Origin: an uncultured Gammaproteobacteria bacterium
GTDB taxonomy: Bacteria; Pseudomonadota; Gammaproteobacteria; Chromatiales; Chromatiaceae
Assembly (NCBI GenBank): GCA_963707135.1
Contig: CAVPOY010000025.1
Location: forward strand, 24,649 to 88,648
DNA length: 64,000 bases
Direction: 5' to 3'
Shown here piece by piece: positions 31,703 through 44,883 of the stretch (position 1 is its first letter; every line of letters starts with the position of its first letter). The position numbers and the translations under genes are program-made. Under the pieces are notes generated by a model that was not told the DNA's origin, searched no databases, and saw only the letters and a list, made by a program, of their open reading frames with translations.

Positions 31703-32451
31703 CGCGGTGGGTCGCCGTCGATAGCCGCGAACCCAGGTGTCCGGTCCGGCGGGTAATTACTGGCATCGTCGTCCCAGCTACCGGCGCGTCCCGGCAGGTT
31801 GCATGCGCGTTCGACCAGGGTGGTGAATTGGGCACGCGGTATCTCGATGGCACCCATCCGCAGTAAGTGTTCGGTACGCATCTGACAGTCGATCAGCTGG
31901 AACCCCCACTCAAAGAGCCGCTGGCACAGGTGAACCAGGGCGACCTTCGAGGCGTCGCTGGCGCGGCTGAACATCGACTCACCGAAAAAGGCCCGCCCGA
32001 TCGCCACGCCATAGAGGCCGCCGACGAGCTCGGGCCCGTGCCAGATCTCCACCGAGTGAGCAATGCCCAGCCGATGGAGCGTCACGTAAGCGTCGATCAT
32101 CTCCGGTACGATCCAGGTGCCGCCGTCGGATTCCCGCGGGGCGGCGCAGCCGCGAATGACCGAGTCGAACGCCCGGTCCAGAGTCGCGCAGAGCTCACGC
32201 TTGCGCAGGCGTTTGCGCAGACTGCGCGAGAGCGCGACCTGGCTCGGGAACAGTACGGTGCGCGGGTCCGGTGACCACCATAGTATGGGGTCGCCCTCGC
32301 TGAACCAGGGGAAGATGCCCCGACGGTAGGCCCCCAGAAGTCGGGCAGGGCTTAGGTCGCCCCCGGCGGCGAGCAGCCCATTGGGGTCCCGCACCGCGAG
32401 CCGCACGTCCGGAAACAGGTCGGGCGCGTGAGGGTCCAGCAGCGCGATCAT
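31699..32451 (-). CDS. aat: leucyl/phenylalanyl-tRNA--protein transferase
   Basis: 250 aa (GLLAAGGDLSPARLLGAYRRGIFPWF...PILWWSPDPR...GESMFSR). It has ATGA overlaps at both ends. Confidence 0.92.
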   Translation of the reverse strand: MIALLDPHAPDLFPDVRLAVRDPNGLLAAGGDLSPARLLGAYRRGIFPWFSEGDPILWWSPDPRTVLFPSQVALSRSLRKRLRKRELCATLDRAFDSVIRGCAAPRESDGGTWIVPEMIDAYVTLHRLGIAHSVEIWHGPELVGGLYGVAIGRAFFGESMFSRASDASKVALVHLCQRLFEWGFQLIDCQMRTEHLLRMGAIEIPRAQFTTLVERACNLPGRAGSWDDDASNYPPDRTPGFAAIDGDPPR

Positions 32452-33641
32452 GGCGCCGGGTTCCGGCCTCCGGAATCTGTCGGCGTGTGATCCGTGTCGG
32501 GGGACTCGGTCTTGAATGGCGAGTGTCGGTCCATCTCCGCGATGTAGTCGTCCATGCCCTCGGTTTCCAGGGCCAGATGGCGCGATATGGCTTCACGGAA
32601 GCGCTGGTCCGCAATCCAATGGGCGGATCGGGTCGGTGTGGGCAAGAAACCGCGACTGATTTTGTGCTCGCCCTGGGCGCCGGGCTCGAAGCGCTCGAGT
32701 GCATGCTCGATACAGTAGTCCAGGCCCTGATAATAGCAGGCCTCGAAATGCAGGCTGTGGAAGTCCTGGAAGCACCCCCAGTGCCGACCGTACAGTGAGC
32801 GTCGTCCGACCAGATTGAAGGCGGCGGCCACGATATCCGGCCCGCGGTAGGCAAGCACCAGAAGTAGATTCCGGCCCATGGCCTCGCCGATGTGCAGGAA
32901 GAAGGGCAGGGTCAGGGTGGGCATGCCGCCGCGCTTGTCGAAAGTGTCGCAGTAGAGCCGGTGGAACGTGGCCCACTGCGACTCGGTCGCCGCGTCCCCG
33001 CTCACCCTCTGGATACGGACGCCGGCCTCCGCGACCCGGCGGCGCTCGCGCCTGACCTTCTTGCGTTTCTCGGCCGTGAATCGGCCGAGCAGGTCGTCGA
33101 AGGTTCGGTAGCCCTCGTTGCGCCAGTGGAATTGGCATCCGATACGGCGCATCAGCCCCTGTTGCCCGAGCAGCTCGGTCTCGTCTTCGGCCGTGAACAG
33201 CCAGTGCAGCGAGGATACGCCTGTCCGCTCGGCCTCCCGGATGGCCCCGGAGATCAGTGCTCGAGCGTACTCACGTCGGTTCTCTGTCTCGCCGGTCAAC
33301 ACCCGGGCCCCGGTCGCCGGGGTGTACGGGGAGGCCACGACCAGCTTGGGGTAATAGGCGAGCCCGTTACGCCGATAGGCGTCTGCCCATGCCCAGTCGA
33401 AGACGAACTCACCATAGGAATTGAGCTTGAGATAGCAGGGCGCGGCCGCCAGCAGTCGTCCGCCGGGATCCCGGAGTGCCAGATGATGCGGGATCCAACC
33501 CAGGGACTCGCCGACGCATCCGTGCCGCTCCATGGCGTCCAGGAACTCATGCCGCAGAAACGGCGAATCCTCGCCCGCGAGCCGGTTCCAGTCGCCGGCG
33601 CTGATCTCTCTGATCGCCCCGTGGGTGGTCAGCCGATACAC
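32448..33641 (-). CDS. DUF482 / FemAB-like GNAT-fold protein
   Basis: 397 aa: SPFLRHEFLDAMERHGCVGESLGWIPHHLAL...YLKLNSYGEFVFDWAWADAY...YYPKLVVASPYTPATG...FEACYYQGLDYCIEH...FEPGAQGEHKISRGF. Its stop overlaps the aat start. Confidence 0.8.
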   Translation of the reverse strand: MYRLTTHGAIREISAGDWNRLAGEDSPFLRHEFLDAMERHGCVGESLGWIPHHLALRDPGGRLLAAAPCYLKLNSYGEFVFDWAWADAYRRNGLAYYPKLVVASPYTPATGARVLTGETENRREYARALISGAIREAERTGVSSLHWLFTAEDETELLGQQGLMRRIGCQFHWRNEGYRTFDDLLGRFTAEKRKKVRRERRRVAEAGVRIQRVSGDAATESQWATFHRLYCDTFDKRGGMPTLTLPFFLHIGEAMGRNLLLVLAYRGPDIVAAAFNLVGRRSLYGRHWGCFQDFHSLHFEACYYQGLDYCIEHALERFEPGAQGEHKISRGFLPTPTRSAHWIADQRFREAISRHLALETEGMDDYIAEMDRHSPFKTESPDTDHTPTDSGGRNPAP

Positions 33642-33764
33642 GTATCCGTGCGGGTTGCCAGATGTATGCTCAGCAGATGGGCTCGGCCGCGGGGTACGAA
33701 AGGCCCGGGTAATGCGTTTCGCGACGAGCGGCGGTCTTCCCGGCGGCGCGCGCCGCCCGTCGAG

Positions 33765-34730
<966 letters not shown>

Positions 34731-35063
34731 TCAGACGATCTCCAGACTAGACGGGCCCCGGCGGCATCCGAAGCCGACTGGGGCGCGGATCCTCGAGCGT
34801 CCGCGATTGCGACGCGCGCGAAACGGTTCAAAGACGGCAATGTAAGGTTTGGTTCGTGATGCGGCAAGCGCGCCCGTCGAGCGCCTCGATGGGTCGCGAA
34901 GCGGTGTGCTCAGCACCGGCAATAATCCCGCCAGCGTATCCAGGGCCAACCGTGCCTAGGCGGAGACGACGGCGACCAGTTGCAGCCTGTAATCATCCGC
35001 GCAGTGAGTCATCGGCGGCCTCCGCCCGGATCCCCGAAGTGGGGTCGCGTGCTCGATTCCCTG

Positions 35064-35092
35064 TTGACACTTCAGTATCTGCGTACTATACA
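35064..35092 (+). promoter_or_regulatory. candidate sigma70 promoter TTGACA-17-TATACA
   Basis: A perfect -35 at 35064-35069, a 17-nt spacer, and -10 TATACA at 35087-35092, about 35 nt upstream of the NlpC/P60 ATG. Confidence 0.4.
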
Positions 35093-35127
35093 TAACAACA
35101 AGTTGTCGGCATAACCGCTAGCTATAG

Positions 35128-35604
35128 ATGAAGTCACTGGTCGAACGAGATCTGGTTGCGGCACTCCTTCTCGCGGCCTTGCTCGCGATCCCGGGTTGCG
35201 CGGGCACTGGACGGGACCTTGCGGGCCTGAGCCCGCAGCGCACCGACGCGGTGCTGGCCGCGTTGTCTCAGGTTGGGACGCCCTATGTGTTCGGCGGCAA
35301 TGAACCGGGACGCGGGTTGGATTGCAGCGGGCTGATGCAGTACGCCCATCAGGTCGCCGGTGTTCCGATCCCTCGCATGTCCACCGATCAACGGCGTTCG
35401 GCTAGGCCCGTGGACAGGAACCACCCGCGGCCCGGCGACCTCGTGTTCTTCCAGATCAGGCCGGGCGTACATCATGTGGGGTTGATGGTCGACTCGGAGC
35501 GGTTCGCCCACGCGTCCACATCAAAGAGCCGCGTGCAGTTGGCGACGCTCAAGACGCCCTACTGGCAGGCACGCTACCTCGGAGCAGGCACTTATCTCGA
35601 GTAG
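35128..35604 (+). CDS. NlpC/P60 (C40) family peptidoglycan endopeptidase lipoprotein
   Basis: Lipobox LLAIPGC and catalytic motifs GLDCSGLMQY ... GDLVFF ... HHVGLMV. Confidence 0.85.
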   Translation: MKSLVERDLVAALLLAALLAIPGCAGTGRDLAGLSPQRTDAVLAALSQVGTPYVFGGNEPGRGLDCSGLMQYAHQVAGVPIPRMSTDQRRSARPVDRNHPRPGDLVFFQIRPGVHHVGLMVDSERFAHASTSKSRVQLATLKTPYWQARYLGAGTYLE

Positions 35605-35742
35605 CCGGATCGACCGATTCGCAGGCTTAGGCGGGATGACCGGCTCGCCTTTTCGCAGTCCCTGTAGCAGAATGCGCGGCAGCCTGGGGTTTGCCCTGAG
35701 GCTGGCAAGAACACTGAGTAGAACCCATAGGAGCCGACAAAC

Positions 35743-36105
35743 ATGTCCGAGAAGCCTGTAAACAAGAGCCGTCGCGACGCCGTAATGATGATGCTAGGCG
35801 GTGCCGCGGCAATCCCGGTAATCAACCTGGTTGGAATCGGGAACGCTCGCGCGGAGGCGCCGGCGAATGCGGTGGCGGCGGATGACCCGACCGCGGTCGC
35901 TCTGAAATACCATGCGGATGCCACCCAGGCCGATCGCGCGGCGGCCGCGCGGCCCGGCAAGCCCGCCGAAGAGCAACACTGCGCCAATTGTCAGTTCCTG
36001 CTCGCCGACCAAGGCGAGGGCGATTGGAAGGGCTGCAGCCTGTTCCCGGGAAAGCTGGTCGCCGTGAACGGCTGGTGCGCCTCCTGGACACTTAAGGCGG
36101 GCTGA
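35743..36105 (+). CDS. hip: high-potential iron-sulfur protein (HiPIP) with Tat signal
   Basis: Twin-arginine signal [19 protein letters not shown] and four Cys in the HiPIP pattern (QHCANCQF ... [10 protein letters not shown] ... NGWCASW). Confidence 0.9.
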   Translation: MSEKPVNKSRRDAVMMMLGGAAAIPVINLVGIGNARAEAPANAVAADDPTAVALKYHADATQADRAAAARPGKPAEEQHCANCQFLLADQGEGDWKGCSLFPGKLVAVNGWCASWTLKAG

Positions 36106-36138
36106 CGCTCTCGAGCCGATGCTCCCTATCCTTGGAGC

Positions 36139-36167
36139 AGCGGGGCCTTTCGGCCCCGCTTCTTGTT
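36139..36167 (+). terminator. intrinsic terminator after the HiPIP gene
   Basis: agcggggcc-tttc-ggccccgct followed by tcttgtt. Confidence 0.65.
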
Positions 36168-36331
36168 ACGGACCCGGTGCCATCCCGACAGCCGCGCACG
36201 GGAGAGATCAGCGATCTCCAGATTGGTCCCAGTTTTGGGGAGACCTGTCATCGGCTTGCGCGATGTCATGGTAAGCATACGGCTGGCGGCACAAAATTAC
36301 ACATGAGTCGTCGTTGTAAGGTAGTACGACC

Positions 36332-37189
36332 ATGGCCACCGCACAGCATCTGATCGACGAGGCCCTTGATTCCTCCCGCCACCCCGAACGAGCGAACGCA
36401 ACCAGCGCACAGACCCCTTCCCGTGCCCGTCTCATCCTCCTTCGGGGAATCATCTGGGGGCTGATAGGGCTTATCTACGCCCCGGTATTCACCGGGATAT
36501 CCGAGCTGCTGAATCAGCTGGGGAGCGGACCGGGCGGATATGTCGCGGCGGCCGCACTCGCCGGTGCAATCGGCGCCGCCCTATACGGCTCGAAGGAGGT
36601 CGCGCTGGTCGGCGCGGGGGTGGGCGTTCTGGTCGCGCTCGGCTTGCTGTTGGCCGTCGATGCGCCGGTAGCCCTTCACCTGGTCGTGTCGAGTGCCGCC
36701 GCGGTGGCGGCGCTCGTTGCGATGATCGCGCACTTTCCGGCCCACTGCGCCCGCCACCTCCCGGGTAAGGTGCTGACCGGGTTTGCCACGGGCGCGGTCT
36801 GCGGCGGCGTGCTGGCGCTGGTCGAGCCCCTGCACCCGCGGCCCTTCGAGATATTCCCTGTGCTGGCCTTCCTGGTCAGCGTCAACGGCGTGCTCTATGT
36901 CGCCAGTGTCAGAACGTGCGTGGCCTGGACGCGTCGGCTGCGCTTCGAGTCCCGCCCCTGTCATCTGATCGAGACGCTGGTCATAGCGGCCCTGGCCGGC
37001 TTCACCGCCGCGAGCGTCTGGATGCTGGCCGGCTCGCTGGTGGGATGGGATGCTGGTAATCTGCTCACCGAGGCGGTCGAAGCCCTTTACCAGCAGATTC
37101 CAACCGCCATGCTGGGCGGCCTATTCGGCGGCGCCGTTGCCGGCGTTCTGCTGGAGACCCTGCGCTTCTCCTGGGTCCACGACGTCTGA
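36332..37189 (+). CDS. hypothetical polytopic membrane protein (285 aa)
   Basis: Long Ala/Gly/Leu/Val-rich hydrophobic segments and GC3-rich codons. I recognise no family. Confidence 0.5.
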   Translation: MATAQHLIDEALDSSRHPERANATSAQTPSRARLILLRGIIWGLIGLIYAPVFTGISELLNQLGSGPGGYVAAAALAGAIGAALYGSKEVALVGAGVGVLVALGLLLAVDAPVALHLVVSSAAAVAALVAMIAHFPAHCARHLPGKVLTGFATGAVCGGVLALVEPLHPRPFEIFPVLAFLVSVNGVLYVASVRTCVAWTRRLRFESRPCHLIETLVIAALAGFTAASVWMLAGSLVGWDAGNLLTEAVEALYQQIPTAMLGGLFGGAVAGVLLETLRFSWVHDV

Positions 37190-37305
37190 CGAGCCCGCGG
37201 TTCTCAAGTTGCGGCCAGACCCGGAGACGCTCTGGACTCGCGTGGAGTCTGGATGTGCCGGCCGAGTCCCATTTCCGGTCCCAATGCCGCCGCGAGCACC
37301 CGATA

Positions 37306-37926
37306 ATGGCCCAAAGCAAGTCCAGCCGGCGGTGGCTCGACCGCAACGCCAGCGATCTCTACGTCAAGCGCGCAAGGCAGGAGGGATACCGGTCCCGGGC
37401 TGCCTACAAGCTGCTGGAGATCCAGGAGAAGGACCACATTCTCAAACGCGGGATGCGGGTGGTCGATCTGGGCGCCGCACCGGGCGGCTGGGCCCAGGTT
37501 GCCTCGGCCATCGTCGGACCGTCCGGCCGGGTCCTGGCCCTCGACGTGCTGGCGATGGAGCCTCTGGAAGGCGTGACCTTCATACAGGGTGATTTCCGCG
37601 ACGAGGCGGTGCTGGTCCGGCTGCGGGAGTCGCTCGGCGCCGAGCCCTTGGACCTGGTGCTGTCGGATATGGCGCCGAACGCGACCGGTACGATGGCCGT
37701 GGACCAGCCTCGGGCGATGTTGATGGCGGAACTGGCACTGGAGTTCGCCCGCGAGACCCTGAAACCGGGCGGCACGCTGGTGGTCAAAGCGTTCCAAGGT
37801 GAGGGTTTCGACTCCCTGCTGAGTGGGCTGCGGGCATCTTACGCCCGGGTGGCAAGCCGCAAGCCAAGGTCATCCAGGGCCGAGAGTCGGGAGCTGTACC
37901 TGGTGTCGAAAGGCTTTTATCCCTAA
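37306..37926 (+). CDS. rlmE: 23S rRNA (uridine2552-2'-O)-methyltransferase
   Basis: MAQSKSSRRWLDRNASDLYVKRARQEGYRSRAAYKLLEIQEKD...VVDLGAAPGGW. Conserved position upstream of ftsH. Confidence 0.95.
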   Translation: MAQSKSSRRWLDRNASDLYVKRARQEGYRSRAAYKLLEIQEKDHILKRGMRVVDLGAAPGGWAQVASAIVGPSGRVLALDVLAMEPLEGVTFIQGDFRDEAVLVRLRESLGAEPLDLVLSDMAPNATGTMAVDQPRAMLMAELALEFARETLKPGGTLVVKAFQGEGFDSLLSGLRASYARVASRKPRSSRAESRELYLVSKGFYP

Positions 37927-38010
37927 GCGGTTGATGCTAGTTTGCGGGCATACAATCAGTTGCCGGGGTTCCGGCAACGTCAATAATCGAGGCAAGATGC
38001 CGTGAGCGAC

Positions 38011-39933
<1,923 letters not shown>

Positions 39934-40043
39934 TGCCCGGGAGGACTCCGCTCCCGGCCTGAAGCGGACGACAGCGTCCGCAGGGCGTCACCGGACGATG
40001 GCGACTACGAGGCGATCCAGCTCGCGCCGGGACGGGTCCGCTG

Positions 40044-40898
40044 ATGGCTGAGCTGCGCTGCGGCCGTCACATCCTGGACCTTTCGCGGCCGCGGGTGATG
40101 GGCATCCTCAATGTCACACCCGACTCTTTCTCCGACGGTGGTGCGTATCAGGCGCTCTCGGACGCGCTCGCGCGGGCCCGCGCGATGGTCGAGGAGGGCG
40201 CCGATATCGTCGACGTGGGCGGCGAGTCGACCCGGCCCGGCGCCTCGGCGGTCAGTGCCGACGACGAGGTGCGGCGGATCCTTCCGGTCATCGAGGCGCT
40301 GGCGCCCAACCTGCCCGTGCCCGTGTCGATCGATACCTCCAAGCCGGCGGTGATGCGAGCGGCCGTTGGTGCGGGCGCCACGCTGATCAATGACGTGCGC
40401 GCTTTGCGCGAGCCCGACGCGCTGGGCACGGCCGCCGCGCTGGATGTCCCGGTCTGTCTGATGCACATGCAGGGCGAGCCGAGGTCGATGCAGGCCGCGC
40501 CACGCTATGGTGACGTGGTCGCCGATGTCCGCGGGTTCCTGTCGGACCGTATCGATGCCTGCGTCGGCGCGGGGATCGGGCGCGATCGGCTGATCGTTGA
40601 TCCCGGATTCGGCTTTGGCAAGTCGCTGGGGCACAATTTGGAGCTGCTCCGGCGGCTAGACGAGATCGCGAGCCTGGGCGTGCCCGTGCTCGTGGGAATC
40701 TCGCGCAAGTCGATGCTCGGCCTGCTGACCGGCCGGGACGTATCCGGGCGGCTCGCGGCCGGCCTGGCCGCGGCCCTGCTTGCCGCCGGGCTGGGCGCCG
40801 CGATACTGCGGGTGCACGATGTCGCCGCGACCGTCGACGCGCTCAGAGTCCTGGAGGCCGTTCGTAACGGTGCGCCGCCCGATGCGGCCCCGGAGTGA
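40044..40898 (+). CDS. folP: dihydropteroate synthase
   Basis: RVMGILNVTPDSFSDGG...GADIVDVGGESTRPG...DPGFGFGK. Confidence 0.95.
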   Translation: MAELRCGRHILDLSRPRVMGILNVTPDSFSDGGAYQALSDALARARAMVEEGADIVDVGGESTRPGASAVSADDEVRRILPVIEALAPNLPVPVSIDTSKPAVMRAAVGAGATLINDVRALREPDALGTAAALDVPVCLMHMQGEPRSMQAAPRYGDVVADVRGFLSDRIDACVGAGIGRDRLIVDPGFGFGKSLGHNLELLRRLDEIASLGVPVLVGISRKSMLGLLTGRDVSGRLAAGLAAALLAAGLGAAILRVHDVAATVDALRVLEAVRNGAPPDAAPE

Positions 40899-41034
40899 CC
40901 GGGACTCGATGCGCCTCCTGGGCCTCGACGGTCCGAGAGGCTCATCGACGGCACCCGTCGTCCGGCGATCGTTGCCGACTCCGGCGTTTTTCTTGATTTC
41001 AGGGTGATACCCGGTGGGAGGGGAGGGACAGGGG

Positions 41035-42372
41035 ATGCGCAAATTTTTCGGCACCGACGGAATCCGCGGACGCGTCGGCGAGGCGAATATCAGCCCGGAC
41101 TTCGTGCTCAAGCTCGGCTGGGCCGCGGGACGCGTGCTCGGCGAAGGAAACGACAGCAAGGTATTGATCGGTAAGGATACGCGCATCTCCGGCTACATGT
41201 TCGAATCGGCCTTGGAGGCGGGCCTGCTGGCCGCGGGCGTTAGCATCCGGTTGCTCGGGCCGATGACGACCCCCGGCGTCGCCTACCTGACGCGGACGTT
41301 CAGGGCCGCGGCTGGCATCGTCATCACCGCGTCGCACAACCCGTTCGAGGACAACGGGATCAAGTTCTTCTCGGCCGACGGCGATAAGCTCGCCGACGAC
41401 GTGGAGCTCGCGATCGAGGCCGAGCTCGAGAAGCCGTTGCGCACCGTCGGGGCCGGTTCCCTGGGAAAGGCCAAGCGGGTCGACGACGCGAATGGGCGCT
41501 ACATCGAGTTCTGCAAGAGCACCATCCCGGCATCGGTGAATTTCCGCGGGATCAAGCTGGTGGTCGACTGCGCGAACGGCGCAACCTACAACACCGCTCC
41601 CTATGTGTTCGAGGAACTGGGCGCCGAGGTGGTGCGCGTCGGAACCGAGCCCGACGGGCTCAACATCAACAGGGACGTGGGCTCGACGAATCCGGCGGCC
41701 CTGGCGAGGGTGGTGGTCGACACCGGCGCGGACCTGGGGGTGGCGTTCGACGGCGATGGGGACCGGGTTCTGATGGTCGACTCGGGCGGGCAGCTTATCG
41801 ACGGCGACCGCCTGCTCTACATCATCGCCAAGGCCCGGCTCGACGAGGGGGCGATGCGCGGGGCCGTCGTCGGGACACTGATGAGCAACCTTGGGCTCGA
41901 ACATGCACTCCAGCGGCTCGGCGTTGGTTTCGAGCGCACCCAGGTCGGTGACCGCTACATCATGGAGCGGTTGAAAGACGCGGACTGGATTCTCGGCGGG
42001 GAGCCCTCGGGGCACATCATCTGCCGCGACCGCACGACGACCGGGGACGGCATTGTCTCCGCGCTTCAGGTCCTGGCCGCCGTCAAGCGGCTCGGCAGCC
42101 GTTTCGAGGACCTGTGTGGCGAGGTGAGGCACTATCCCCAGGTATTGATCAATGTTCCACTCGACACCGGGCGAGAGGTTGTGACCCTGCCCGGTGTACG
42201 GGATGCCGTAGAGCGCGCCGAGCGCGAGCTCCATGGACGCGGTCGGGTGCTTCTGCGTCCGTCCGGAACCGAGCCGCTGGTCCGGGTCATGGTCGAGGGG
42301 GTCGACGAGGGCCAGGTGCGAGCGCTAGCCGAGCGCCTAGCCGTCAGCGTACGCGAGCAGTTCGGCGGCTGA
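41035..42372 (+). CDS. glmM: phosphoglucosamine mutase
   Basis: [16 protein letters not shown]... with the active-site motif TASHNP. Start at Met 41035. Confidence 0.95.
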   Translation: MRKFFGTDGIRGRVGEANISPDFVLKLGWAAGRVLGEGNDSKVLIGKDTRISGYMFESALEAGLLAAGVSIRLLGPMTTPGVAYLTRTFRAAAGIVITASHNPFEDNGIKFFSADGDKLADDVELAIEAELEKPLRTVGAGSLGKAKRVDDANGRYIEFCKSTIPASVNFRGIKLVVDCANGATYNTAPYVFEELGAEVVRVGTEPDGLNINRDVGSTNPAALARVVVDTGADLGVAFDGDGDRVLMVDSGGQLIDGDRLLYIIAKARLDEGAMRGAVVGTLMSNLGLEHALQRLGVGFERTQVGDRYIMERLKDADWILGGEPSGHIICRDRTTTGDGIVSALQVLAAVKRLGSRFEDLCGEVRHYPQVLINVPLDTGREVVTLPGVRDAVERAERELHGRGRVLLRPSGTEPLVRVMVEGVDEGQVRALAERLAVSVREQFGG

Positions 42373-42578
42373 CAGGGCCGCCCGGCGGGGCGGGCGCCGC
42401 GACGCCTTGAGCGCGCCGGCCGAATCCCTGAGAATGGCGGCCCCTGGTGCGCGTCGGGAGCAGCCGGCCAGGACCGGCCGCGCCGACCGCGATCGCGCCG
42501 ATTGGGGCCCGCGACCGGGGCTGTCTGCCGGTGCTTCCGCCCCATCGTCCCCGTTCCGCTTCGTGAAAGGAGCGTCTC

Positions 42579-43964
42579 ATGGCGGTCACGACATCTGTCC
42601 ACGGAATGTGGTCTACCCGGCTCGCGTTCATCCTGGCGGCATCCGGGTCGGCCGTCGGTCTGGGGAATATCTGGCGTTTTCCCTACACGGCCGGAGAGTA
42701 TGGCGGCGGGGCCTTCGTACTGATCTACCTGCTGTGCGTGGCCGCGATCGGGGTCCCCATCATGATGGCAGAGGTCATGCTGGGGCGCCGCGGCCGGCAG
42801 AGCCCCATCAACACCATGCGGACCCTGGCGCAGGCGGAGGGAAGACATCCGGCCTGGTCGCTTCTGGGCTGGATGGGCATCGTCTCCGGGTTTCTGATTC
42901 TGTCCTTTTACAGCGTCATCGCCGGCTGGACGCTCGCCTACGTGGTCCGTGCGGCCGGCGGGGCGTTCAGCGGAATCGACGCGACCGCGGCGGGTGCTCT
43001 GTTCGACGGGCTGGTGGGCGACGCGGAGCGTCTCCTGGCCTGGCACACCATCTTTATGGTAGGCGTCGTGCTCGTGGTCGCGCGTGGTGTCGCGAGCGGT
43101 CTCGAGCAGGCGGTGCGCTGGATGATGCCGGCCATGCTGCTGCTGCTCCTGGTCATGGTGGGCTACGCCGCCAAGTCCGGGGATCTCGCGGCCGCGGCCC
43201 GCTATCTGTTCGCGCCGGACTTCGCCGAGCTCAAGGACAAGGCCGCGGAGGCCATTCTGAGCGCGATGGGGCAGGCCTTCTTTAGCCTTAGCCTTGGGAT
43301 GGGGGCGATCATGATCTACGGCTCCTACCTCAAGAACGACTCCTCGATCGCCCAGAACACGGTCATCATCGCCGCCATGGACACCTCGGTCGCGCTGCTG
43401 GCAGGGCTTGCCATTTTCCCGATTGTGTTTGCCCATGGCCTGGAGGCCGGTAGCGGCCCGGGGCTGATCTTCCAGACGCTGCCGATCGCCTTCGGTGAAA
43501 TGCCGGGCGGCGCCTTTTTCGGTACCCTGTTCTTTATACTTCTCGTGTTCGCGGCCTGGACCTCGGCGATCTCGCTGCTCGAGCCCATAGTGGCCTGGCT
43601 GGTCGAGAACCGCGGGTTCAGCCGGGTGCGGGCGTCCGTGCTCAGCGGCGCAACCGTCTGGCTGCTCGGAATCCTGTGCCTGCTGTCGCTGAACGAGCTC
43701 TCGGAGGTAAAGATCTTCGGCAAGGGCTTCCTGGATCTCTTCGACTACCTGACCGCGAACATCCTGCTACCCCTCGGCGGCATCCTGATCGCCGTCTTCG
43801 CCGGCTGGGCCCTCTCTCGGGCCTCATCGGTCGATGAGCTGCAGATGGGACAGGGCTGGCTGTACGGTCTCTGGCGGTTGCTTATCCGCTATGTGGCCCC
43901 GTTGGCCGTATTGCTGGTGTTGTTGAACGCGCTGGGCCTTTTGCAGCGCATCGGATTGGCCTAG
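42579..43964 (+). CDS. sodium-dependent transporter (SNF / neurotransmitter:sodium symporter family)
   Basis: WSTRLAFILAASGSAVGLGNIWRFPYTAGEYGGGAFVLIYL, the NSS signature. 461 aa, about 11-12 TM helices. Confidence 0.9.
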   Translation: MAVTTSVHGMWSTRLAFILAASGSAVGLGNIWRFPYTAGEYGGGAFVLIYLLCVAAIGVPIMMAEVMLGRRGRQSPINTMRTLAQAEGRHPAWSLLGWMGIVSGFLILSFYSVIAGWTLAYVVRAAGGAFSGIDATAAGALFDGLVGDAERLLAWHTIFMVGVVLVVARGVASGLEQAVRWMMPAMLLLLLVMVGYAAKSGDLAAAARYLFAPDFAELKDKAAEAILSAMGQAFFSLSLGMGAIMIYGSYLKNDSSIAQNTVIIAAMDTSVALLAGLAIFPIVFAHGLEAGSGPGLIFQTLPIAFGEMPGGAFFGTLFFILLVFAAWTSAISLLEPIVAWLVENRGFSRVRASVLSGATVWLLGILCLLSLNELSEVKIFGKGFLDLFDYLTANILLPLGGILIAVFAGWALSRASSVDELQMGQGWLYGLWRLLIRYVAPLAVLLVLLNALGLLQRIGLA

Positions 43965-43967
43965 ATC

Positions 43968-44402
43968 GTGGCCTCGGTCAAGAAGAGCGCGCTGGTCCCG
44001 TATCCGGCCGCGTGCATGTTCGATCTGGTCTACGACGTCGGCTCCTATCCGAGGTTTCTCCCCTGGTGTCATGCGGCGGTTGTGATCTCTGAATCGGAGG
44101 GCCAGATCTGTGCCCGAATCGAGGTCTCGCGGCTGGGCATTCACCAGACCTTCAGCACCTGCAACCGCTTCGAGCGCGACCGGAAGATGAATATCGATCT
44201 GTTGGACGGCCCGTTCAAGAAGCTCACCGGCGGCTGGACCTTCGTCCCGTTACGCGAAGACGCCTGCAAGGTGGAGTTGGAGCTGGATTTCGAGTTCTCC
44301 GGGCGGTTGATCGACAAGGCGTTCGGGGCGGTATTCAGCCATATCGCCAACACGCTGGTGGACGCCTTCTGCAAGCGTGCCGACGAGGTCTTCGGTGTCT
44401 GA
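43968..44402 (+). CDS. ratA: SRPBCC-fold RatA/YfjG (Coq10-like) protein
   Basis: GTG start. SALVPYPAACMFDLVYDVGSYPRFLPWC...LLDGPFKKLTGGWTFVPL aligns with E. coli RatA. Confidence 0.85.
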   Translation: MASVKKSALVPYPAACMFDLVYDVGSYPRFLPWCHAAVVISESEGQICARIEVSRLGIHQTFSTCNRFERDRKMNIDLLDGPFKKLTGGWTFVPLREDACKVELELDFEFSGRLIDKAFGAVFSHIANTLVDAFCKRADEVFGV

Positions 44403-44709
44403 GTACATCAGGATCTCGGTGGCCTACGCGGGCGTCCATGAGCAGGCGCTGGTGCCGCTCGAGGCCCGCGCGGGGATCTCGGTCCGGGAGGCCATCGACC
44501 AGTCCGGGGTATTGACGCGATTTCCGGAGATCGACCTCGAGGTCTACCGCGTCGGCATCTACGGGCGGCTCGCGACCCTGGACCAGAAACTGGACGAGGG
44601 TGACCGCGTGGAGATCTACCGACCGCTGATCGCCGACCCGAAAGAGGCGCGCCGGCGGCGCGCGGAGGAGGGGAAGCAGATGCGCAAGGGCGCGCGGGAC
44701 GCCGGCTGA
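44377..44709 (+). CDS. rnfH: RnfH family ubiquitin-like protein
   Basis: IRISVAYAGVHEQALVPLEARAGISVREAIDQSGVL...GDRVEIYRPL. The start is either ATG 44377 or the in-frame GTG 44395, which overlaps the ratA stop. Confidence 0.85.
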   Translation: MPTRSSVSEYIRISVAYAGVHEQALVPLEARAGISVREAIDQSGVLTRFPEIDLEVYRVGIYGRLATLDQKLDEGDRVEIYRPLIADPKEARRRRAEEGKQMRKGARDAG

Positions 44710-44883
44710 CGCCCGCGCGCCATCAGAGGTTGAGAAAAAATCGTCGTGAGCGGCCGCGAGCGCCCGAGCGCAAAGCACAAGAAGCAGCGCCATAAGCGAC
44801 GAGACATATCACGCCAATTGCGGAGGAGTGAACGCGCACGCGACGCGTCGCTCGGGGTGCGCGGTTGGTTTGTTCACAACCGC

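Noticed and set aside
43968-44709. ratA-rnfH as a type II toxin-antitoxin module
   Set aside because: The pair is a conserved housekeeping arrangement next to bamE, as in E. coli. RatA is SRPBCC/Coq10-like. No antitoxin-type DNA-binding partner is present.
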